Shown here piece by piece: positions 49,264-56,900 of a stretch of 57,936 nt of DNA; the stretch's first letter is position 1, and each line of letters begins with the position of its first letter. Location: contig JAHFEJ010000009.1 of the NCBI GenBank assembly GCA_023248535.1, forward strand, positions 1-57,936, in the 5' to 3' direction. This DNA comes from Nitrospinales bacterium (GTDB lineage Bacteria > Nitrospinota_A > UBA7883 > JACRGQ01). The position numbers were made by a program, and so were the translations under genes. The notes under the pieces are model-generated. The model ran no database searches. It had not been told where the DNA came from and saw only the letters and a list, made by a program, of their open reading frames with translations.

Positions 49264-50190
49264 ATGCGTCTAAGCGTTATCATCGTCAATTACAACAGCG
49301 GCCCCTATTTGGAACAATGTGTCGCATCGATGGCCGAGAAGTTTGGCGGACTCGAATACGAAGTCATCATTGTGGATAATGCCAGCACCGACGGCAGTAT
49401 CACAGCCGCCGTCCGGGCCGACCGCCATACGGCATTCCTCATGAGCGAAACCAACATGGGGTTTGCCGCCGGTTGCAATGTGGGGGCTGATATTGCCATC
49501 GGTGAATTCCTGCTTTTTCTCAATCCCGATACCCGCATCCTTTCGGATGGCATCGGCGCGCTGCTGGACTCTTTTTTGGCGGATACGGCGGCGGGCGCCC
49601 TCGGCTGCCAAAACCGCCGCCCCGATGGAAGCATCCAAAGTTCCGCGTATGGGTTCCCCACGCTTTTTCTGGTGTTCGCGTGGGCTTTCCGGCTGCGGGA
49701 ACTGCTTCACCTGCCGGGGATCAAAATGCTGCTCACCCCGTTTTTAAAAGGGCGGTTCGGGCAGTTTGATCCGCACAGCCGCCCGAAGCCGGTGGATTAT
49801 GTCACCGGCGCGTTCTTGCTGGTGAAGCGGCTGACGTGGTATAAGACGGGGCCGTTTGATCAACGGTTTTTCCTTTTTTGCGAGGAGATCGACTGGTGCT
49901 TGCGTTGCAAACGGGCGGGGTTTAACGTGGTGTTCGATCCCTCGTTCGAGATCGAGCATTACGTCGGCTACAGCTCGCAAAAGGAAAAGCCGCGCGTACT
50001 TCTGGAAAAATTTATGAGCTACCGGCGGTATTTTGAAAAACACCACCCCGGCCTCCAAAGCGCCCTCCTGAATGGTATATTCGCGGTGGCCGTGCGCTTT
50101 TGGGCGCTCTACTATAAAATGAATGGAGACAAGGAATACGCCAATGCCTACAAAGGAATTAAAAGCCGCCTTGAGCTTGACGAAGGCTGA
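49264..50190 (+). CDS. family 2 glycosyltransferase
   Basis: 'LSVIIVNYNSGPYLEQC', 'IVDNASTDGS', 'NMGFAAGCN', 'FLNPD' and 'EEIDWCLR'. Confidence 0.9.
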   Translation: MRLSVIIVNYNSGPYLEQCVASMAEKFGGLEYEVIIVDNASTDGSITAAVRADRHTAFLMSETNMGFAAGCNVGADIAIGEFLLFLNPDTRILSDGIGALLDSFLADTAAGALGCQNRRPDGSIQSSAYGFPTLFLVFAWAFRLRELLHLPGIKMLLTPFLKGRFGQFDPHSRPKPVDYVTGAFLLVKRLTWYKTGPFDQRFFLFCEEIDWCLRCKRAGFNVVFDPSFEIEHYVGYSSQKEKPRVLLEKFMSYRRYFEKHHPGLQSALLNGIFAVAVRFWALYYKMNGDKEYANAYKGIKSRLELDEG

Positions 50191-50989
50191 GAAGTACGAA
50201 AAACTGCGCGGCATCTTCGCCGGGATGGAGAGCGTGGTTATAGCCTATTCGGGCGGCGTGGATAGCTCGTTTCTGGCGGCCGCCGCATGGGATGCGTTGA
50301 AGGACAAGGGGGGGCGTGTGCTTGCCGTCACCGCCCGCAGCAGTACCTATCCGGAAAGCGAATTCCGACAGGCGCTCGATATCATCGAAAAGATAGGCGC
50401 GCCTCACCGCGTGATCGTCAGCGAGGAGCTGGACATCCCCGGCTATGCCGACAATCCGCCTGACCGCTGTTTTTTTTGCAAGGGAGAGCTGTTCGGCATC
50501 CTTTCAAAAATAGCCAAAGATGAGGGATATGCCTTTGTCTGCGATGGCGCGAATATGGATGATCTCGGCGATTACCGTCCGGGACGAAAGGCGGCGGCGG
50601 AACAGGGAGTCCGCTCGCCGCTCATCGAGGCGGGCTTTGCCAAAGAGGACATCCGCCATCACGCGCAACGGCTCGGCCTGCCAAACTGGGACAAGCCGGC
50701 CGCGGCCTGTCTCGCCAGCCGGTTCCCGTATGGGGTGAAGATCACCGCCGAAAAGCTGTCACGCGTGGAGCAGGCCGAGGATATTTTAAAAAAGGCGGGG
50801 TACCGGCAACTCCGCGTGCGCGATCACGACGGCATCGCCCGGATCGAAATTGCCAAAAGCGAACTGGCCGCGTTTATGGCTGACACAAGGTATGGCGAGT
50901 TGGCGGTGTCCATCAAAGCACTCGGCTTCACCTATGTAACCCTTGACCTTGAAGGCTATCGCACCGGCTCGTTGAATCTGTTCAAGTAG
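50144..50989 (+). CDS. larE: PP-loop ATP-dependent sulfur transferase, LarE/TIGR00268 family
   Basis: 'IAYSGGVDSS' PP-loop, 'CFFCK', 'AACLASRFPYG' (candidate sacrificial or cluster-binding Cys). The start is uncertain: ATG 50144 overlaps the GT2 gene by 47 nt, and TTG 50171 or 50177 are alternatives. Confidence 0.75.
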   Translation: MPTKELKAALSLTKAEKYEKLRGIFAGMESVVIAYSGGVDSSFLAAAAWDALKDKGGRVLAVTARSSTYPESEFRQALDIIEKIGAPHRVIVSEELDIPGYADNPPDRCFFCKGELFGILSKIAKDEGYAFVCDGANMDDLGDYRPGRKAAAEQGVRSPLIEAGFAKEDIRHHAQRLGLPNWDKPAAACLASRFPYGVKITAEKLSRVEQAEDILKKAGYRQLRVRDHDGIARIEIAKSELAAFMADTRYGELAVSIKALGFTYVTLDLEGYRTGSLNLFK

Positions 50990-51026
50990 TCAAGCCACGG
51001 CGCAGGAGGGAAGTGGCGGAGCGCTG

Positions 51027-52055
51027 TTAAAAAAACGGTTCGCTGGCGGTGCCGTGCGATACTTCGGGTTGGTTCACCGCGCCGTGGGGGCGTTGCCCGG
51101 CGATGGCTTCCAGGATGTTCTGCGCGGCATCAAGCGTGATGTTCCGCCGTACGTCTTCCACCGCGCTGCCGATGTGCGGGGTGAAAACGGTCCGCAAGCT
51201 GTTCTTCACCAGCGCGGGATTGATGCTTTCCGGGTGATCCGAAAATATGTCGTCTTCCATGGCAAATACATCCGCCGCGTAACCGGCCAACCCGCCTCCC
51301 TCCAGCGCCTTCACGACGGCCGATTCCTCCACCACGCTCCCGCGGGCCATGTTGACGAGGTAGGCTCCCTTTTTCATTTTTCCTATCGTCTTCGCATTGA
51401 TGAGTCCGCGTGTTTCCGGCAGAAGGGGAAGCGAAAGGATGACAAAATCGCAAGAGGCAAGCAAGTCGTCCTGCGATTTGCGGTTTAGTTTCAGCGCGTA
51501 TTCGCGGTCTTTCAACAGGGGGCTTGGATCGGCATAGAGCAGCTTCATGTCAAAGCCCTCCAGACGCCTGGCGATAGACTGGCCCAGCGCGCCCATGCCG
51601 AGGATGCCGAGCGTTTTGCCCGAAAGGCCGGTGCCGTAGTGGTCGGCGCGCCATCCGTTGAATTTGCCGGAACGGATGAACCTGTCCCCTTCGGGGAGCA
51701 TCCGCGTCACGCTGATTAAAAGGCCGACGGCCAGCTCGGCGGCAGGAGTGTGCCGCATATCCGGCACGGTCGTGTACCAGATGCCGCGTTTGGTGCAGGC
51801 GTCCATATCCACGTTCTTCGGCCGGATGGTGGTCGTGGCGGCGATGCGCAGCTTGTGGGCGGCGGCGATCATCTCGCCATCCAACAGGTCTTTGCCGAAA
51901 AGCATCACCGCATCGGCGGTACCGATCTCTTTCAAGAGCGTCTTGCGCGGCATGGATTCGCGGTTGTTATTTCGGATTAACTCGCATTGGGAGCTTAAAT
52001 AATCGATGACTTCATCATGCACCCAGTGGGTAATAACTACACGAGGTTTGGTCAC
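51027..52055 (-). CDS. ptxD: NAD-dependent D-2-hydroxyacid-dehydrogenase-family enzyme, PtxD (phosphite/phosphonate dehydrogenase)-like
   Basis: 'GILGMGALGQSIARRL' Rossmann motif and an R/E/H triad in 'MARGSVV', 'GYAADVFAMED' and 'FTPHIGSA'. Several blocks ('VVITHWVHDEV', 'VDMDACTKRGIW...VPD...TPAAELAVGL', 'FIRSGKFNGW...YGTGL', 'ADVFAMED...INPAL') track my recollection of Pseudomonas stutzeri PtxD. Confidence 0.6.
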   Translation of the reverse strand: MTKPRVVITHWVHDEVIDYLSSQCELIRNNNRESMPRKTLLKEIGTADAVMLFGKDLLDGEMIAAAHKLRIAATTTIRPKNVDMDACTKRGIWYTTVPDMRHTPAAELAVGLLISVTRMLPEGDRFIRSGKFNGWRADHYGTGLSGKTLGILGMGALGQSIARRLEGFDMKLLYADPSPLLKDREYALKLNRKSQDDLLASCDFVILSLPLLPETRGLINAKTIGKMKKGAYLVNMARGSVVEESAVVKALEGGGLAGYAADVFAMEDDIFSDHPESINPALVKNSLRTVFTPHIGSAVEDVRRNITLDAAQNILEAIAGQRPHGAVNQPEVSHGTASEPFF

Positions 52056-52106
52056 GGGCCGCTCCTTTGGGGATTATCCCTGATTATAATGAAAATCGCC
52101 GGGAAA

Positions 52107-52118
52107 GGGAAATTTCCC
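52107..52118. promoter_or_regulatory. perfect 12-bp palindrome in a divergent promoter region
   Basis: GGGAAATTTCCC lies 17 nt downstream of a TATAAT hexamer (52085-52090), between the ptxD-like gene (-) and the receiver-DHp gene (+). Confidence 0.3.
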
Positions 52119-52183
52119 TGAAGGCATTGTCAAAGGAGCATGGTGATGGCATATAATGATTCGCATGGAATCGGGATGGGGCA

Positions 52184-52864
52184 ATGGCTAAGATAATGAT
52201 TGTTGATGACGATCCCAACATCGGGTTGCTGGTCGAAATGACCTTGCGTAAAAAGGGCAACTTCGACATTGTCAACTGTTCCAGCGGCGAGATGGCCTTG
52301 GAGCGTTTGGCCAAGGATCAACCGGATTTGATTTTGCTTGATATCATGATGCCCGGTATTGACGGCTATGAGGTCTGCCGCATAATAAAAGGAAACCCCG
52401 AAACCAAATTTATCTCGGTCATAATGCTTTCCGCCCGGCGCGAGATGGTGGACAAGATCAAAGGCATGGATTTGGGCGCCGACGATTATATTGTCAAGCC
52501 ATTCGACCCGGATGAGCTGCTTAGCAGGGTAAAAGCCCGGCTCCGCATCCGGGAACTTGAAAAAGACCTGCTCGATGCTAAACAGCTTCAGACCGTTTTG
52601 GCGATGACCGTTACATTGCAGCACGAGATCAATAACCCGCTTGCCGGTATTATAGGCAATGCCGACATGCTCAAAGATTGGCAAAAAATGGATGCAAAAG
52701 ATGTGTTTGATTGTATACAGGCTGTGAATACCCAGGCCCGCCGCATCCGCGATCTGGTGGCGAAGCTCAGTTCTGTCACTAAAGTTGTGGAATCAACTTA
52801 TATCGGTTCCACCAAGATGATCGATGTAGACCGCTCCAGTCCCCCGTCCGAAAAAATCGGCTGA
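52184..52864 (+). CDS. response-regulator receiver fused to a HisKA-like (DHp) domain, no ATPase domain
   Basis: Canonical receiver ('IMIVDDD', 'LILLDIMMPGIDG', 'MLSA', 'KPF'). An H-box 'LQHEINNPLAGIIGNADML' and a second helix 'VNTQARRIRDLVAKL' follow. The ORF ends where an HATPase_c domain would begin. Confidence 0.8.
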   Translation: MAKIMIVDDDPNIGLLVEMTLRKKGNFDIVNCSSGEMALERLAKDQPDLILLDIMMPGIDGYEVCRIIKGNPETKFISVIMLSARREMVDKIKGMDLGADDYIVKPFDPDELLSRVKARLRIRELEKDLLDAKQLQTVLAMTVTLQHEINNPLAGIIGNADMLKDWQKMDAKDVFDCIQAVNTQARRIRDLVAKLSSVTKVVESTYIGSTKMIDVDRSSPPSEKIG

Positions 52865-53073
52865 ATTCTTCACGCATTCTCCTCTTTTAATTACCCGACA
52901 TTTTTGGTAAGGTATGGAGGTTATCTCTCGCGGCGGTTTAAGGGTCTAGGTATAATTAACGGCAGTTTAAGTAATAATGTGGTGGTTGTTTCGGGAGGCT
53001 TTCCACATTTGGATTATCAGCGGTCAATGGGCAGGGTATTTCGATTAACAACCTTAGTGCCAAGGAGAGCAAC

Positions 53074-53262
53074 ATGAGCGAGACATATCAAATTTGCGAT
53101 TGCCGCCGGGTGACAAATACCCAGATAGAAGAAGCGGTGAAGAACGGCGCCAATACTTTCGATAAGCTGCAGGCGGCCACCCACGTGGGGACCGGTTGCG
53201 GCGGGTGCATCATGGATGCAATTAAAGTGTTCAAGGAAGCGAGGGCCAAGTACCTTGTCTGA
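53074..53262 (+). CDS. BFD-like [2Fe-2S]-binding protein
   Basis: 62 aa. 'ICDCRRV...GTGCGGC' is the four-Cys pattern of bacterioferritin-associated-ferredoxin-like domains. AAGGAGAG RBS. Confidence 0.8.
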   Translation: MSETYQICDCRRVTNTQIEEAVKNGANTFDKLQAATHVGTGCGGCIMDAIKVFKEARAKYLV

Positions 53263-53812
53263 ACTGTTTCTGGACGAACCATCGGTTCTGAAGGTGAACC
53301 TTTTGGGACATCCAGTCCTTCGGAAGCGCGCCGAACCGGTGACCCTGGAAGAATTAAAGGATCCGCGATTCAAACTTTTTATCGAATCAATGGTTGAAAC
53401 AATGCGGGAATATAACGGTGCGGGTCTTGCCGCCCCCCAAGTCGGCGTTTCCCGCCAAGTGGCGGTGATCGAGGCCCAGGAAAATCCCCGTTTTCCCGGC
53501 AAAGATAATATTCCCCTGACCGTGCTGATCAATCCGGAGATCACCGCCTTTTCACCAGACGTGGAAGAGGGGTGGGAAGGGTGTCTGAGCGTGCGGGAGC
53601 TTTGGGGCAGGGTAAAGCGCGCCACCGGGATCACGCTGAAAGCGTTGTCGATGGATGGCAAAGAAATTACCGTTAAAGCGGAGGGGTTTCAGGCGGTGGT
53701 ATTCCAGCATGAAATCGACCATCTTTACGGAAAGCTTTTTATCGACCGGATGGAGGGATTTGAGACTTTGAGTTTTACGCAGGAATACCGCCGTTATTGG
53801 CAGGAGGATTGA
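53255..53812 (+). CDS. def: peptide deformylase
   Basis: Motifs 'GAGLAAPQVG', 'EGCLSV' and 'HEIDHL'. The start is uncertain: TTG 53255 overlaps the BFD stop, and ATG 53216 or GTG 53294 are alternatives. Confidence 0.9.
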   Translation: MSELFLDEPSVLKVNLLGHPVLRKRAEPVTLEELKDPRFKLFIESMVETMREYNGAGLAAPQVGVSRQVAVIEAQENPRFPGKDNIPLTVLINPEITAFSPDVEEGWEGCLSVRELWGRVKRATGITLKALSMDGKEITVKAEGFQAVVFQHEIDHLYGKLFIDRMEGFETLSFTQEYRRYWQED

Positions 53813-53834
53813 TATACCGCGGCATTTCCTCTAT

Positions 53835-53873
53835 GGCCGCATGTTTTAATTCTTGTCAAATGCGGCCTGTTTT
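53835..53873 (+). terminator. putative terminator after def
   Basis: GGCCGCAT (53835-53842) / ATGCGGCC (53860-53867) form an 8-bp stem with a 17-nt loop, followed by TGTTTT. Confidence 0.4.
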
Positions 53874-53989
53874 GGGATTATGAAATTGGCGGGCGGTGGG
53901 GTAAAAAGGCAAACGTGTGTTAGAACACAGCCCATGCCTGACTACTTTGCGTGGGGGGTGAAAGCCCTGTATTATCATCGGAGGTCGGT

Positions 53990-56900
53990 GTGAAGAAACT
54001 GTTCCTCGGGATAGACATAGGATCCATTAGCGTCAAAGCGATCCTGCTTGATGAAGAACATAATGTCCACGCCAACATTTACCGGCGCATGTTCGGCAAA
54101 CCGTTGCCTGTTCTGGCTGAAATTCTAAAAGACCTCCGCGCGCGGCATCCCGGCGTTGCCATTGAGGCGTGCGGCGCCACCGGCACGGGCGGCGAACTAG
54201 CCGCCTCGCTAATCGGCGGCGCGTTTTACAATGAAGTGGTGGCCCAAAGCCGCGCAATCGCACATCTGCACCCGGAAGTACGCACCGTCATTGAGATGGG
54301 CGGGCAGGATTCCAAGCTGATGATCATGAAGCCGGATACCATCCGCGGGTCCGTGCTCGAGGATTTTGCGATGAACACCGTTTGCGCCGCCGGAACCGGC
54401 AGCTTCCTGGATCAGCAGGCCACCCGGCTTGGATGCCCCATCGACAAGGAGTTTGGCGAATTGGCGCTGAAATCAAAAAATCCGGCGCGGGTGGCGGGGC
54501 GTTGTTCAGTTTTTGCCAAGTCGGACATGATCCATCTTCAGCAGATCGGCACGCCGAAAATCGACATTATCGCCGGCCTTTGCCACGCCGTGGCTCGCAG
54601 CTTCAAAAGTAACATAGCACGGGGAAAAAAGATGGAGGCCCCCATTGCGTTCGTGGGGGGGGTCGCGTCGAATAGCGGCGTGGTGAAGGCGTTTGAGAGC
54701 GAGTTGGAGCTTGCTGATGGCGCGTTGATCATTCCGGATTTGCACAACGTCACCGGCGCTTTTGGAGCCGCCCTCAATGTGATGGACGAAGGGCGGCGCG
54801 CGGAGTTCCTGTGGGAGCGGCCGGTGGAGGAATACCTTCGCGTAAGGCAGGCGGTGGAAGGGGCGATGGATCCGCTGCATGACGGCAACGGGTACGGCTA
54901 TGACATCGGCGTTCACCCCGTTCAACCGGGGGCGGCGGTTTATATTGGCATCGATATCGGTTCGCTTTCCACTAACGTGGTGGCTATCGACGAACAGTTC
55001 CGTGTTGTGGCGCGCCGCTATCTCCGCACATCCGGCCAACCGATCCAGATGGTGACGCAGGGGTTGTTGGAAATCGGCGGCGAGATCGCCGAAAGCGTTA
55101 TTGTCAAAGGAGTTGGCGCCACCGGTTCGGGGCGCTACATGATCGGCGATTTCGCGGGGGCCGACGCGGTGCGAAACGAGATTACCGCCCAGGCCACCGC
55201 GGCTGTACATTTTGTACCGGACGTGGAAAGTATATTTGAGATTGGCGGCCAGGACAGCAAGTATATCGCGATAAAAGACGGCGCAGTGGTCGATTTCGAG
55301 ATGAACAAGGTTTGCGCCGCCGGCACCGGCAGTTTCATCGAAGAGCAGGCGGAGCGGTTGGGCCTCGACATAAAAAAAGATTTTTCCGACGCGGCTTTTT
55401 CGGCGCCGCGTCCGGGAAAATTTGGCGAGCGTTGCACCGTATTCATAGAATCCGATCTCGTGGCCAATCAGCAAAAAGGGTCGCCGGCGGCCGATCTTGC
55501 GGCGGGGCTGGCTTATTCCATTGTAAAAAATTATTTGAGCGTGGTGGGGGACCGTATCATCGGCTCCAAGGTGCTTTTTCAGGGCGGGGTGGCCTGGAAC
55601 CGCGCCGTGGTGGCCGCTTTTGGCGCCGTCACCGGCAAGAAGATACATGTGCCGCCGCACCATGATTGCACCGGTGCGGTGGGGGCCGCCATCATCGCCG
55701 CGCGGTATATGCGCAACCGGCCGGGGATAAAAACCCGTTTCAAAGGATTTGATCTGCGCGGACGCAGCTACAAAGTGACCAGTTTCGAGTGCAAGGCGTG
55801 CGATAACGTATGCGACGTTTCCCGCGTAAAGTTTGTCGATGAGCCGGCCCACTACTACGGCGCGCGGTGCGAGCTGTTTGAAAAAGACGCCAAAAAGGCC
55901 GATAACGGGCTTCCCGATCTGTTTGCCGAGCGCGACAAGCTCTGCTTCGGTCCCTACCTGGAAAAGAAAAAGCCGGTGGGGGACGGACGTCTGGCTATCG
56001 GTCTGCCGCGGGTGCTTACCATGTACGAATCCTTCCCGTTCTGGCGCTCTTTTTTCGAGGAACTGGGAGCGGATATTATCCTATCAGGCAAAACGAACCA
56101 GCAAGTTGTCCGCGATTCGGTGGAACACATAACCGCCGAGACCTGCTTCCCGATAAAGATTATCCACGGCCATGTGGTGGAGCTGGTCAACAAAGGGGCC
56201 AACGTCATTTTTATGCCGAGCATCCTCACCATGAGCCCGAAGGGAACCAGCAAGTTTAAAAACAGCCAAATGTGCCCGCTGGTGCAAGCCAACAGCTATC
56301 TGGTGAAAAACTCGATGGACCTGAAGGCGCAAGGGGTGGAGCTGTGGGAGCCGGTCATCAGCTTCCAGCGCGGTGATGACACTGTTGCCCGCGAACTGGC
56401 AGCGTTGGGGCGGCGGCTGGGGGCTTCGGCGGACAAAGTAGCGGCCGCGGTGCGTGCCGCGCGCGCGGCGCAGGGCGCTTTTTATGCCGCGCTCAGGGCG
56501 CGCGGCCGCGAAGTGCTGGGGGATCTCAAGGAAGAGCGCCAAGCGGTGGTGATGATCAGCCGTCCCTATAACGGTTGCGACAGCGGGATCAATATGGATT
56601 TGCCGCGCAAGCTCAAAGATATGGGAAAAATAGCCATCCCCGTCGATATGCTGGAATTGAGCGAAGACGCCGTTTACGAAAATAATCCCAGCATGTATTG
56701 GCGCTCCGGCCAGCGGCTTCAGGCCGCTGCGGAGGTGGTGCGCAAGAATCCGAAACTCAATGCCATCTATATATCCAATTTCAAGTGCGGTCCGGACAGC
56801 TTTATAACCTATCATGTCCAGCAGCAGATGATGGGGAAACCCTATCTTCATCTTGAGGTGGATGAACATTCGGCGGACGCCGGAGCCATCACCCGTTGTG

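Noticed and set aside
52977-53048. 23-codon Trp-rich mini-ORF (MWWLFREAFHIWIISGQWAGYFD) upstream of the BFD-like gene, 20 nt after a TATAAT
   Set aside because: It has no Shine-Dalgarno sequence and no downstream attenuator structure that I can fold by eye. The downstream genes are unrelated to tryptophan metabolism, so it is most likely chance.
53017-53661. 214-aa minus-strand ORF across the BFD-like and def genes
   Set aside because: Antisense to two genes with exact catalytic or cluster motifs (EGCLS/HEIDH; CxC...CxxC). No features of its own.
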